Source: the human T2T-CHM13v2.0 reference genome, Homo sapiens. From it: DNA of 64,000 nt. Every line of letters starts with the position of its first letter. The stretch's first letter is position 1. Of this stretch, positions 36,786 through 52,059 are shown piece after piece. Both the position numbers and the translations under genes were made by a program. Under the pieces are notes generated by a model. That model did no database searches. It saw nothing but the letters and a program-made list of their open reading frames with translations, and was not told the DNA's origin. Where the stretch lies: assembly GCF_009914755.1 (NCBI RefSeq), contig NC_060942.1. One strand, 5' to 3'.

Positions 36786-38987
36786 TATATATATGTATGC
36801 AGGCTTCACAGTGAACATTGAAGAAAATTAACCTCTGCTTTATAACAATAGTTTGCAGTTTCTCTCAGAACAGGGCATGACTTAGCTACCTGCTTTACTG
36901 AGTTTTGAAAAGGCTTTTGTATATAAAATTACACCTTAATTTAGTGACTCAAACCCATACCTATTTTGGTTAGAAGATTGGAATATAATTAATGTCCTTA
37001 GTTGTTGGCTGGTTTATCCTTCAAAGGCTAAATTTAGCTGTATAGAACTATTTTATATTAAAAGCCAATTTATTTGCTATTTGTTAAGTTCCATGTTTTT
37101 ATTTAAAATAAGCCTTTATATTATTCCACAGCTTCCCACCTCCCCATCCCCAGATTATCCCACCCACTGTCAAATTTGCTGTTTGAAATTTTTGACACTC
37201 TTATTCTTGTATATATTTTTAAATATAAAAATAAAACCTTACTGTATGTACTGCGTGGTAACCTGATTATTTTCATTTAATAAGTATTGTGAACATTTTG
37301 CTGTTCGAAAAGTCTAATTTTTACTTTTTGGAAAAAAAAAAGCCAACAACCATAGTTCTGATTCTTAGATCCTGTTTCTCGAGGGCTCAAGTGCTGAAAT
37401 ACTGACTCTGCAAACTGAGGTCTGAGTACGAGTCCAAGCAGTCCACGAAGCCTCACGAAATGTTGCAGTCAAACATGGAAGCTAAGCAATACTCTTACAA
37501 AGCGTTAGGTTAGGTTAGCTCCTCAGTAAATCAAGGGCAGTCCAGGGTGCAAAAGTCTGTCATTCGTTATTTGGTTGTTTTTAAAACACCTGCAGATATA
37601 GCGATTAAAATAACCTTCTGTTCGAAGTACAGGTATATATCCATTTTATTGCCCGAGTATGGATTCCTGTTGGCTGAGATCAGGCCATATCAAATGTAGT
37701 TTGCCACATTCTACCTGCCTAATCCTGATCGTTGTCTTGATTTAGGCAGCTGAGAGCAGAGTTGGAGTAGTTTTTCTTCACTGCAGCTTGGGAAATCTCC
37801 CCTACTTTTTTATTGTGGCATAATATAGATATTTACCATCTTACCCACTTTATATGTACAGCCTAGTGGCATTAAGTACATTTACATTGTTGTGCAATCC
37901 TTGCTTGAAACTTTTTGAATTAAGCAGCAACGTGGACTATGCTAAGGTGTTTTGTTTTGTTTTGTTTTGTTTTGTTTTGTTTCTCCTTGGATGCTCTTCT
38001 CCCTTCAGCAGTGACTGATGAGAACACGCGGCTAACCAGAAGTACTTGGTAATTCTGGATGCTGGAAATTTTATTCCAGATAAAGTACTTTCTGATATTG
38101 TCTGGGATGACTATTTAGAATGATTTTGAGTTTTACACTATTACTTAGGAGCAGAGAGTTTTATAGAAAGCTGCTAGTATTAAGGACATTGATCAATACC
38201 AGGAGACAGTTGTTGCAGAACTTGACCTTTAGAAGTGGACACTCTCTTCCTCTCTTCACGTCCCAGAGTTCTGAAGCAGTGGACCTCAGTGCTATTTCTT
38301 ATTTTATCAGATAATTGCAACTTCAGGTGCAAACATTAACCACCAAAAGTGTATTGTTATGTTTGATTGCACTCAGAATAACCAATCAGACTGCATTTGC
38401 ATGACAGGCAATGAGACAACTTTGAGACTGAGCTCAATTACTTGTTCTGGGAGTGCCATCCTCAACAAGATTGAACAGGTGGGCTCTCTGTAAAGCCATC
38501 ATGCCTCCACGTCTTTCATTCAGATGCAAAGAAGAGCCAGTGCCAGGCATACATGCCTTTTTTCTCTGTTTGTGCTCTCTTCAAAGAGCACAGACAGACA
38601 CTGCAGATTCGTGCAACGTGCCTCAGATGGCTCTCCGGGTACCTGTGCATGGCCAAATGAACCAGGAAACCCAACATGTGTGCAGACCCATTTTCATTTG
38701 AATTCCCATGTGAATCCCCTCATATTTTCTAAGTGTTAACTCTGAATGAGTGTGCAAATCATGAATAGACCACTGCTGTTTTGTTTTCCTGCCTTCAGTT
38801 TGCTACTCTGTGCAGAGAGAACTGGCCAGGTGTGAACCCCAGCCTGATGTGCTCAGAGCAGTCTACAGGAATACTGGAACTCAGGTTACATTCTTTCTTG
38901 TTACATTCACGCTCCCCACCCTGGTGACATGTTGTCTTTTTCCTGAATATTTCATGAGGGGCTAAGTTCAAATGAGTAAGTATGTTT

Positions 38988-39696
38988 GCAGCAGCAGCTC
39001 TCAGACTTTTTGTTCTCCTGATCTTTTTACACTCTGCTCTAATCTGAATGTTTGTGCCCCTCAAATTCACATGCTGAAATCCTAACCCTCAAATTGATAT
39101 TGTTAGTAGGTGGGAACTTTGGGAGGTGATTAAGTCATGGGAGAGAAGCCCTCATGAATGGGATTAATGCTCGTATAAAAGGGGCCTAAGGGAGTTTCTT
39201 TGTCCCTTCTGCCATATGAGGACACACAGAAGGTGCCATCTATGAGAAACAGGCCCTCACCAGATGCCAAATCTGCCGGTGCCTTAGTCTTGGACTTTCC
39301 AGCCTCCAGAACTGAAAGGAAGAAATATTTGTTGTGTATAAGGCATCCAGCCTATGGCATTTTTTTACAGCAGCCCAAATGAACCAAGACACACTCATAA
39401 ATTTTACTGGGGACCCCAAAGAACTTCTGCTTATGTGGATTGCATCAGTATTTATCACATTAGAGAATAAATGTAAGAAAGTGAAAAATATCTAAATACA
39501 AGCTGCCAGAGCAATGACATCATTACATGTCGTGTAGACTCTGGAAACTTCATAGTCTACTCATAAGAGAATAAGAGTAAAAAAAGGCAATAATGTCTTA
39601 ATTTTATTGTGAAAATAGTTTTAACTGCGCAGATTCCCTGAAAGGGTCTCAGCCACTGCCCAGCATTTCCAAGACCACATTTTGAAAACCACTGTC
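38988..39696 (-). mobile_element. Charlie1-family element split by an MLT1 LTR
   Basis: cagctctcagactttttg...tttacactc | ...gaccccaaagaacttctgcttatgtgg...ccacattttgaaaaccactg. Confidence 0.7.
39035..39391. mobile_element. MLT1A-family solo LTR
   Basis: TG...CA ends, 5-bp TSD cactc (39030-39034, 39392-39396), ttggactttccagcctccagaactg. Confidence 0.92.
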
Positions 39697-42078
39697 CTAG
39701 AATAAATTCTCATTTTTTAGTTTTTTTATACTCTTAAAAACATTACTATTTCAAAGCATCCAAAGGACATATTTAGGAAACAATATTTGGTAACATTCTG
39801 CTTGACTTGAAGTGTAGGTGGCAAAGGTGCTTGAAAAAGGAAGTTTTTTCCCTTCAAGATACTTTTCTTGGAGTTAGATTGTCTATTTTTTCCCACCGCC
39901 TACATCTCACAAAGTTAGTCCTCTGTCAAGACTAGAGTCTTCAGCCGTAGTTAAAAAATTGTGGTATAGAAATAGCAGATAAAACTGTAAATAAAACTAA
40001 GCTTGTTTCCACCATTGATTGTGTTGAAGTTTAGTTAATGGACTTTGTGGGTATTTGAGCCCCGTGTTTGACATACAATCAAAATAAGGAGAAAACATCC
40101 CTCCTTTGGGTAATCATTCTGCAGGGAATGTGGTAGGGGGAACAGTGTTGGCATTTCAGAAAAATGCCGTCAGAGTGGCTTGCTGCTGGAGATTTCAGAG
40201 AGAAGCCACAGAGATCCAGAAGGAACTAAACTACAACAGCAGCAACAACAACAAAACTTCAAGGAAAGGTGCTGGGTTTAGGAATTAGAGGAATTGGGCC
40301 AGCATGTGGTGGGTGGCAGGCAAAGGTGCGTAGATCTTTATTTACACTGAGCACATACAAATTAGTCGGTACTCAATAATGCAGGCAAGAAATAGCAGAG
40401 GGAAGGGAAAAGGCTGTGCTTAGAAGTCAGGCTGTCAGGCCTTCCACCGACTGACTGTGTGAATCTAGATTAAGTAATCAAATTACTTAATCTCTCTGAA
40501 CTACTTTCTTTTCTGCAGAATAGCATTCTAATACTGTCTTGCCCTGTGATGGCCAGAAGTAGACATAATAGTTTCTGCACATGCCAGTTGCTTAATAAGC
40601 AATAGCAGGGAAGATGCACAGGAAATAAAAAGACACATGGTGATCATGATGATGCTTTGTTCACTCTTCACCTCCACAGACCTCCAGAAATCTAAGGGAA
40701 AGGGAAACACCTGCAACTTTGCTCCCCACCCTGGCCCTCGACTTGCCCTTTACCCTAAGATCACCCCCATTGTTTTGCAGGTGCCTGCGGATACTGCCAG
40801 ACTCTGCAATGCTCAGCATGAGAGTGGACTGGGGGGTAAACGGGGAGGGGTCCCACTGTTTGAATAATCCCAAAACTTGTTCTCCAGGGGCCAGGAGAGT
40901 GGCTCCTTCCCGGCCAGACTCTGCTTTCCAAAATCATATGCAAGACCACAGTCTTGGTTGGTAACATTCTTTCACCAAGAGGTCAGTGAAAGCATCCACT
41001 GCCTTCCATTGAAAGTGGAAGAGGGAATTTGGAAGACAGGCCTTGCAGATGAGTTTCGTCTTCCCTGCCAGTTATTATCGCATGTCTAAGTTAGGGTGTT
41101 AACACTTCAGATGAGTCACTCATGGCAGTGGCTAGACATTTTCTCATTACTTATTAAGAATAGTGTGACTTTTTATTTCCTGCTCATCTTCCCTCCCTCC
41201 CTCTCTTTGAAGCCTTTGCAACTATCTAATTTGTCAGTGCTGGAAAATTTCACTTATGTGCTACTTTCTCCATCTCCCAGATCATTAACAAAGGTGTAAA
41301 ACATGAAGGGGAGAACAGAAAGAAATGAGACATGTTTCAGGACTTTTTAATAACATAAGAGTACATTTAAAGATGTGAAAATGACACTCAGGATAAAGGA
41401 AGAAAAGCACACCTTAGTAATAGGATTCCCTGTGCTTCCCAACAAAGGTTATAATTCGGAGCAATGATCAGCTGAAACTTTTATTAGAGGAAAAGAGTGA
41501 TTTTTTTCACATTACATTGTTTGTTAGATGTTGGTCAGGGTTCATAGTGTCACCTTTCACTTTGCTAGGTGCTTCGGGGACATCTAAACAGGGTTAAAGA
41601 GAGGCAAGGAAGATGGGAAGAAAATAAAATACCACAGTATTCTTAACTCACCAAGACTTGGTGAGATATTTTATTCTCTCTTGGGCTATACGTCAGATTA
41701 TTCTTTTGGAAATCCTTAGTTTTGCAAGAACTGGCCAAGTGACATTGGATGCATTAACTACCTAACTTTCCTTTGAAGTTAGACGAACCTAAACCACTAC
41801 CATCCTGTTTTGCACGATGGCCAGAAGCTGCCAGCTGGGTGCCATGGACATCAATGGAATGATATCAATAATGAATTGGGCACCTACTCTATGGCACTCC
41901 ATTTTAGTCACTGTAAGCAGAGTTCATTCCTCTTAAGGACCTACAAAAAATTAAAAATAAAAAATGAACTAAGGAAACCTGACAAGCTGAACAAGGAAAG
42001 CTGGCAGCAAAAGATAAAGTAACAAAGCGTTGGTCAGAGGCTGCGGACTGTACACAGGAACCCCAGGGCCCTCAAGAT

Positions 42079-42422
<344 letters not shown>

Positions 42423-43078
42423 TCACCCACATTTAACTTTTATCTTTTGATTTCTATTTTCATGATGCATTAAAATATGCATTTACAATGCCCATTAGGT
42501 AGTACAGTTATATAGTTTTTAAATGGGCATACATAAATGTTTTGCCAGTGGGGATCTTGTTCAATAGAGTTGAGAGACCCCTGCAGCAGGCAGTGAGAGC
42601 CGAAGGAGCCTGGGGAGAAATAGATCAATGTGGGCTCCAGCCAAGAGGCAAGGAGGGGCAGAATTGAAATGAGTGGGAGAGGGGAGAATATCCCAGTCCA
42701 GAAAGACAATAGGAGCCAAAAAATGGAGGTCAGTGGCCACAGAATGTTTCTGAGACTGGAAAGAGACTGACCAGTCTAGGGAGGATGGAATGTGCTTGAG
42801 ATTGGAATAACAGATACGGATTTGTTGTCAGAGGGAGCAGAGTAGGGTGTAGGGAATTTCAATTCATGAATACAGCGTGAGACCTGACAGGTGGAGGACA
42901 TGAAGACTAAGAGAGGTGAGAGTGGATATTTAGGAGGTTTTGAACTGGGCTCTAACACGTTGAAAGTTATGTTTATGGAAAACTAACTTGTCTGCACAAT
43001 GAAGCCTGGGTTGAAGCGGGAGCTGTGAGGTAGGGATTTTCAGTAGAAATAATGGACAGAAGGCAGGAGCAGATTATG

Positions 43079-43156
43079 CTAAATTGGTGCAAAAGTAATG
43101 CAGTTGTGCCATTAAAAATAACATCAAAAATCACAGTAACTTTTGCAACAACCTAA
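43079..43156. mobile_element. MADE1 mariner MITE
   Basis: ttggtgcaaaagtaa...aacttttgcaacaacctaa palindromic ~80-mer. Confidence 0.88.
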
Positions 43157-43289
43157 TATTCAAGTGGTAAAGGTGCAAGATGAGTCCCTAATGGTTCTGG
43201 GTTAGGGACTAACCCTATACTCAAGTTCATTGTCCAGGGTGGTCTACCCAACAGGCAGCACTCCATGCTGGGCAGGCTGAGGCTCTGGG

Positions 43290-43490
43290 TCAATAGACCC
43301 AGTTTGAATTCAAGCTTTATGGCTTCTTTCAGCTATAGCCACACGCAAGATACTTTAACCTCTGAAACTTGTTTTCTCATTTGTAAGATAGGAACAATAG
43401 TAGTGCCCACCTGATGGTGTTATTGTGGGGACTAAGTGAGGTGCACACCTAAAGCCATTTGTAAAGGGCTTATCAATATAGTATTCAGAA
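43290..43490 (+). mobile_element. MIR
   Basis: tttaacctctgaaacttgttttctcatttgtaagataggaacaatagtagt. Confidence 0.7.
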
Positions 43491-43769
43491 AGGATTCTAA
43501 AATTTTGAATAAAGGTTATGTTCATGAAAACAGCAATAAAATATAAACATTAATTGAATGAGATGCTCTTTAAAAACAAACCTTAAAGACGAATATATAC
43601 ATAAGAACTTTTTATTGACGCAATTTTCTGTTACTTTTAGTTATTTGTTTTCCCATTTCATTCCTTCAAAAGCAAATGTTAAATTTTCACCCAAGCTTTC
43701 ACTTTGAATTCCTGCCCTTCTCCTCCCTCACAGGCTCTTACGCCTTGAGGGGTAATGGCATTGACACTA

Positions 43770-43893
43770 ATCAGGTTCTCAAACTTCAGCACGGCTTCTT
43801 TAAACACTCATCGCTGGCCCCACTCACAGTTTCTGATAAGATTCCCAGTGATGCCAGCATTGCTGGCCTGGAGATCACTCTTTGAAAACCACT
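43770..43893. mobile_element. MER5A-like hAT MITE
   Basis: ggttctcaaactt...tttgaaaaccactg TIR-like ends. Confidence 0.7.
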
Positions 43894-44421
43894 GTTGTAG
43901 AAAACCGAGTCCTACGTTTTTCTTCCTAGGTAGATCCTAGGTTCGGATTCTTGGCTTTGCGGTTAACTCCCTCACTCCATTAACTGAAGAAATCTTGGTG
44001 GTGGTATGGTTGGGAAATGGGAAGACAGTGTATTTTATTTCCTTGGTCTTAGCTTTGCTGCAATTCATTACATATGGAAAAGCAGAAATGTATGTAGACT
44101 TTGTGTGCCTCCACATAAAAGAGATACGACAAAACTTTGTTCTGTCATTAAAAGTAATCTCAGAGTTTTTCTCTAGCCATGTGGAAACGAGTTACAATCC
44201 CTTTCTTCCTCCATCATTTAGTATGGGTGATTGGACATTTCTGCCAAATGAATTTTAATTATAGTGATCCTTTTAAAAATGGCTGATACTCATACATTTG
44301 AGTAAAACACAAAATGTGTTCTGATATTTAAATTTTGTTTACAAATCCAAGCTTATGCTAAAGGACAGATTTTTTATAATTATTTAAAATATTTTAAAAT
44401 TGTGGTAAAATACACATAATA

Positions 44422-45430
44422 CAGGCATATCTTGTTTTATTTCAGTTTGCTTTATTACACTTTGCAGATATTGCATTTTGTACACATTAAATATTTGTGA
44501 CAACCCTGAGTTAAGCAAGTCTATCAGGCCATATTTTCAACAGCTGTGTTCACCTCATGTCACTGTGTTACATTTTGGTAATTCTCACAATATTTCATAT
44601 TTTTAAATTATTATTGTATCTGCTATGATGATCTGTGGTCAGTGATCTTTGATATTACTATTAGAATTATTTTGGAGCGCCATGAACTGCATCCATATAA
44701 GACAGTGAACTTAATCAATAAATGTGTGTGTTCTGACTGCTCCACCGCCAGCCGTTCCGCAGTCTCTCTCTGTCTCCTTAGGCCTCCTTATTCCCTTACA
44801 CATGAATATTAGCATTAGGCCAATTAATAACTCTACAATGGCCTCTAAGTGTTCAACTGAAAGAGTCATGTGTCTCTCGATTTAAATCAAAAGCTATGAA
44901 TGATTAAGCATATTGAGGAAGGCATGTCAAAAGCCAAGACAAGCCAAAAGCTAGGCCTCTTGTGCCAAATAACCAAGTTGTGGATGCAAGGAAAAGTTCT
45001 TGAAGGAAATTAAAAGTACTACTCCAGTGAACACATGTATGATAAGAAAATGAAAGGGCTTCATTTCCGATAGGGAGAAAGTTTAGCGGTGTGGTTAGAT
45101 CAAACCAGCTACAGTATTCTCTTAAGCCAAAGCCTAATCCAGAGCAAGACCTTAACTCTCTATAACTCTGTGAATGCTGATAGAGGTAAGAAAGCTGCAG
45201 AAGAAAAGTTCAAAGCTAGCAGGGATTAAATCATGAGGTTAAAGGAAAGAAGCTATCTTCTTAATATAAAAGTTCAGGGTGAAGCCATAAGTGCTAGTAG
45301 AGAAGATGCATCGAGTTATCCAGAAGATGTAGCTAAGATCATTGGCGAGGTGGATAACAGATATTCAGTGTGAGCAAAACAGCCTTCTATTGGAGTAAGA
45401 TGCCATCTAGGCCTTTCATAGCTAGAGAGT
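44422..45430 (+). mobile_element. Tigger1, 5' ~1 kb only, inserted in an L1
   Basis: TA|caggcatatcttgttttat 5' TIR; decayed transposase start atgattaagc...gaggaaggcatgtc; ends abruptly at gctagagag. Confidence 0.92.
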
Positions 45431-45765
45431 ATTGTTTGATTTATAGAAGTTTTAAATTTTGATATAGCTCAATTTATTTTTCCTTTTTTTTGCTTGTGCT
45501 TTAGCTATCATATCTAAGAAATCATTGCCAAATCCAAAGTCATGAAGCTTTCCCCCTATGTTTTCTTCTGAGAGTTTTATAGTTTTAGCTCTTTCATTTA
45601 GGTCTTTAACATATTTTGGGTTAATTTTTATATAAAGTAAGGGTCCAATTCTATCCTTTTGCATATAGATATCCAGTTTTCTCAATACCTTTTGTTGAAA
45701 ACACTATTTTCCCCATGGAATGGTTTTGGCACTCTTGTTGGAAATCATTTGACAATATATGTAAA
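45431..45765 (-). mobile_element. L1M ORF2-region fragment
   Basis: ORF 45452-45685 (INPKYVKDLNERAKTIKLSEENIGGKLHDFGFGNDFLD) matches the L1 ORF2p C-terminal region. Confidence 0.9.
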
Positions 45766-47463
45766 TACTCAGCAAGTTGTAACTATTGTTCATGTCAATA
45801 TTATCACTCAAAGGCTGAAATGTGATGATACCACATTGCCTCCTTGAGCAGGTCTAAAACCTTTGTTTGGTGATTGCAATATCTGGATATCCTCAGCATC
45901 TGTCTTTATTGACTATCTTTTTAAAAATGTCACATTTTCCTACTTCTTTGCAAATCTGGTGATTTTTCATGGGGTAATGGGCATTATGAATGACAAGTTA
46001 TTGGGACTCTGCAATCTGTGACATTCTTCTGAAGAGCAGCTTTCTTTTTCTAGCTGGCAATTGAATTGGCTGGTTTTGAACAACCAATTGTCTCCCATAT
46101 GGTGGGCAGCAGGTGAAATCTCAGCTCAGTTCTTTCAGATTCTAGCTCTTGGTTTTGGTCTGGCCTCCCCTAAGATCTCCCTCATACATGTTTAGTTAGT
46201 AGTCTGCCAAGAGTTTAATCAGATTTCTCTTCATAGATTTTTATGCACATTTTCTGAGACTCCCTTCCTTCCAGCCTCATAACTTGCTGAGTTCTCTGAG
46301 CCTTAACTCTGTCCTCTGGCACCTTAAGCCAATAAGTTTGCTGATTTCTGCCACTTAAATACAGAGAGATTGAGGATTATCTCCAAGAAAAAAATCACAC
46401 ACTTGCAAATCTCACCCACTGTAGTTGATCTTTCAAGGTTCTGCCTGTGTTTGGCCATTTCAAATAGTTCAAATAGTTGTTTGATTTTTTATTTGTCAAG
46501 ATTTTGTAATTGTATCAGGAAGTTATGTCTTATCAAGTTATTTTACCATTAGCAGAAGCTGGAGCTCAGAGTCTGTAAAACAATGGATTTAATAAAGAAT
46601 TTTCTTGACATAGGGATGGCACATTTCAATTCATCTTAATGTTGTAATGTGTGAGACTTCTTAGCTTACTAATCCTCTATGTAATGCAAGTACACAATAT
46701 TCACTCTGTAATCTCCCATTATTACATCACATATTAAGCTCACTTTATAGGTTTCATCTTCACTGTGATACTCTATGCAAAATATTCTATTTTATGTTTG
46801 TGTCGGGGGAGAAGTGGAGGGTGAGCAGCTTTCTTTGTAACACATAAATTTCTCTAAAAGTTGAATTATCTATTCTGTTTTTCAGAAGGTCTACATTGCT
46901 GAGACATTTAAGTCTCCTATGATTCCTATTTCCCCAGATCTCTCAGCGTCTTAAATAGCTTTCACGTATTATTTATTTGAGGCGGGAGAAGGCAAAGTGT
47001 TTCTTTTCAAGCAGCTGCTTCAAAAACCAATGATGCAACATAAAATTAAAAAGAAAATCTATGTCACATAGAACTTGTGATGCACATTTTGTAGCATTCT
47101 CTAGGGTCCTGTTCAGAGAACCTGGAAGCAGTTTTTAAAGATATTATAAGAATATATTGTATGTCCAAACTGCAAACAGAAAAAATTGGAAAATAGGACC
47201 TTGGGAATACAAGCTCAAAGAGTCCATTTGTGGATGTACTGAAAAGCAATATTGGGCCTTCAAAAATGGCATCATACTTCAAACTAGAATTTTAAGTAAG
47301 TAGCTATATTATAGTAGTGAAATCTCCACACTGTTGCTTGTTTTTACACACCAGCAGAAGAGGCATGATTTACACAAAAAGAATGAAGAGTAACTTGTCC
47401 CCATCATACCTTATTACCTAATACCCATGTTAAAGGCTTTAAAAAATATTTCACTATTAAATG

Positions 47464-47630
47464 CAATGATTTCAACCAGGGCGGTCATCAGAATTATGTG
47501 GGGCTCTTTTTCAAATACGCAGGCCTGAGCCCTACTCACAGGAATGTGGATTCGGTTGAACTCGAGTAGAGATTTGGGCTCCTGTATTTTTTAAAGGCCC
47601 TCAAGAGAATCCTAGAAGCACCCGCTAGGC
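47464..47630. mobile_element. MER5-like remnant
   Basis: catcagaatt...gcctgagcccta...ctgtattttttaaaggccctcaag. Confidence 0.5.
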
Positions 47631-49619
47631 ACTCTTAGAAAAAGTCTCATCAATAAGAACGCATAACAAATAGTTGCTCAGAAGTAAGGAAATAACGGAA
47701 TGAAGAATGTTTATTGTGACACTCAAGTCAAACTTGGAATATTTCAGGTCATAAAAGATAGAGGCAATAATGCTAAATGCTATATTTGGATGAAATTGAG
47801 CAAGTCTAAGCGAGTAAGTTTTGCAGGTTATTCTTGGTGTCATCCTTTAAAAAATTACATAAGACTCATTAAAGTATTCTCCTGATGACAGATAAAGGAC
47901 CTAAAAATCCAGATATACATTTTATTATCTTTCAGACCCAATAAATGGGAAGCAGATCTTAGTCACATGCAGAATTTAGCATGCACAGAGTTGCTGTCAG
48001 CCCCTGGAGGCAAATCGGGTTTCTGGTTGAAATCACGTTACTATTGTAGCTGCTTCTGTTCTGCTAATTGAAAGAGCTCTTGCCATGATTGTGGATGCTA
48101 AAATAGACTTCTCAAGAGTTGGTTCTTGGTCTGACGAAAGTAGCAAAGGTAGAAAGGCCCTTGTGAAAAAGAACAGTAACACCAACTCTTGACCTGTTTC
48201 CCACATACCTTTCACTTCTGGAGTCAGCCTCTCATTTTCAGTTTAAACATTTGTAGATTATCACACTCCATAGAAATTTTTTGAATATAAGAACCAGACA
48301 CATCAGTTGGTGTGGTTTCTCAGCTTGCAACTTTTCCCCAACCATGTTACAGTTTCCAGTATTGAATGTCTGGTAAATTTGTTATCAGAAAAAGTAGAAT
48401 ACTAAGGGAGAGATTTTATAAACTTCTATCAATATCTCACAACCTTACAAAGTTGAAATCAATTTCTTCAGGCCACGAGCCTTATTGTAATTGCATAATG
48501 GTTATTAGTCCTTTGTAATACATAGAAATCCACATGTGATTGACAGCGTATATGACAAAGTATAATATAACATTGTCCTTCATAATCAAAATGGCATAAA
48601 CAATGTTATGATGATATCTGTGCAGGTGCCTCAAATTTTAAATCAGTACCCATATAGAGGAAGAATATAAAGTATTTTAACTACTACATATTGTTCAGTA
48701 AAAGAGGATATTCTTCCAGAATGTTAAACATAGCTACAGCTTTATATATTTAGGCCATTAAGTTTAAACTAAATTCCGAGCACAGTATTAGAGGGCATAG
48801 GTCACACATTCTCAGAATTTGATCCAATAGCCCTTAGAGGGGTAGATAAGAGAAATGAGGAACACCTCTTTTTCATTTCTATGTTGACCACGTTATTATC
48901 TGCTCTTAATGAACTTTCACTTACAGAACTCTTTACATTTTTCTATGTCCATGATCTGAGGCCTTATCATAAGGGATAGGCCAAAAATCTAGATACAGAG
49001 ACTCTTTTCATTAGGCTCAGAAGGACAAGATTTAGTGTTAGAAATTATTTTAGTTAAAGATTTAGCATATTCTATTCTGATTCATGCTCTGAAGTAAGCT
49101 AGACGAATATATGCTTAAGGCTCGAGGATTTATGAATAGAGTAAAATTGATAACACTGCTAGGCTTAAGGCATCCTCCTCCTGGAATAAGAACCATTTCT
49201 AGATGAGAGGGCATACAATTTTAAATGGAAAAGGAAATTAAAATAAAGTGAAATCAGTAGTTTATGTTATGGCAACAGCTAGTTAATGTTGATATCTACC
49301 AAGAATGTGTGTGCTTGTCAGACGGTGTGGTGAGTTTCCATCCCTCCAGCTCCCCTTAGGGGTGCTCCTGCACCCTGCCCACCCAGATCCTGAGCCAGAC
49401 TTGGCCGGATCAGGCTGACTCTGTCTCTAAGGGACTGGGGACTAGGTGAGTGAGGAAAGGAGAATCAGGGGTGAGTTTTGAATTTGTTCTGGAGTCATCA
49501 GCCCAATACTGAAGGATCCCTGGGAGTGATTGTGCACCTGAGCTGTGGCTTTTGTCTAAGCCTCCTTGGAGTTTGCCCAAGGGCCAGGATAGCCGAGTAA
49601 TTCCGATCCTGCCTCTGGA

Positions 49620-49960
49620 ATGAGTATCCCAGCTTTAAAGCGCAACTCTACATCTCCTGTGTGACCTGGGCAACTTACTCAACTTCTGCAGCCCTCAGTT
49701 TCTCTATCTGAAATGCAGATAATAATAGTTTCTATCCCCTGACCTACAGCATGATGTCCTTTTTGTGCCTAAGTTTCCTCATCTATAAAACAATAATAAC
49801 AGGACTTACCTCACTTATTTGTGTGAATATTAAATGAATCAATCTATGGAAAACATGTTAACTATGCGTGGTACCTACTAAGGGCAACGTGACTGATAGC
49901 TGTTATGAATGGTGTGCGAATTAAGTAAAATAAGGAATATAATGCAAACAGCAAACACTT
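49620..49960 (+). mobile_element. Tandem MIR fragments
   Basis: tgtgtgacctgggcaacttact...ctcagtttctc; cctaagtttcctcatctataaaa. Confidence 0.75.
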
Positions 49961-50479
49961 AAAAATATTAATTGCTTGCTCTTCTTTCTCAATTCCTGAT
50001 TTCCATCAGGCTCCTTTTGAGAGGCTAGAGCTCTCTTCTATTCCAGCCTGACTGGAGGGGACTCTAATAATCGTGCTCTGATAATCCTGCTGGTCTCCTC
50101 CTGGAGATTCCCCCTGAGCCCCATTCCCTAGCCAGAGGTCCCAGGGCACACTGCTGCTGCCACCTGCCAGCCTTGGAGGCTGTCTATTATCTAGAGACTT
50201 CTGCTTCTGTGCCCCACTCTATCCTCCCCATTCCTCTTATTTGTTAACACTTGTCTTTGTCACCCTTAAGTTCGCCATACCCGTGTCTGAGCTTTATGAT
50301 TTGGACCAGTGTCCACTTCGCTGGCCAGGCACACACAGATATGTTCCTTCCCCAGCCCAGGTTAAGCCAGTCCTGCCTTCCCTTTCCATCAGTCTCCTGC
50401 TTTCATCCTAGGATACTTCGTGGGCATGCTCCCTTGGAATAGTACAATGCGCTCCTCCAGATAAAGTGAAGAGGGAGGC

Positions 50480-51322
<843 letters not shown>

Positions 51323-52059
51323 TGAGGGAGGACTTCTCTTCATAAAGATCATTTCTGTGTATTTTTATGGCTTTCACCTTGATATGAGTTATATAATTAA
51401 GTATTGCACTACTTGCCACCTAGAGTTCATCTTTGATGGCAATACTTGAGGTTGACCCTGTTAATTTTTGTGATCATTTCATGAAGAACAGACTTTGGCT
51501 ATAAAAATCTAAATATGCTGAAGAAAATGTTAAAATGCTAGATCAAGAAGAGAGGAGATACCAGGACATCTGGAAATCATTAGCATCAATTAAGAAATCG
51601 TTGCCTTACAGATATTGTGATGAGTATTCCTTGTCAGTTATAAAAAACTAGTGATCTAGGAGGAGGAATGAAAAGGTAATTTTGTGAGTTAAGAGGAATT
51701 AGCTTAGACCCCAAGGAGAGCAGATGTTGGCTCTCAGTTTTTAAATATCAGACTGGAAAGTCTTGTAGTATGCTATCAGATTGTGTAATTCCAGGCGAGG
51801 CACTGCCCACTTTGCCCTCAAGCATAGTTCACAGTGAAAGCTTTACCTCCTGGGATCTGTCTCATGGTGGCACATAGACTAAATGGAACCTAGTAGGAGT
51901 CACAGGAACCATTGATTCCAGATTCTCCATTAACTAATGGGAAGGAGCAGAAACAAGAAGTCCTTAGAAAGGAAGTATTCTTGAATTCTTGGGAAAAACA
52001 CCAAATGTCCATTAAAGATGAAGCCAATTGATAATGACAACAACAAAAAATCCACTATT

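Noticed and set aside
41647-41665. Short palindromes (also 27380-27406, ~28022-28037, ~22051-22072)
   Set aside because: 8-10 bp arms are expected by chance in 64 kb of AT-rich DNA
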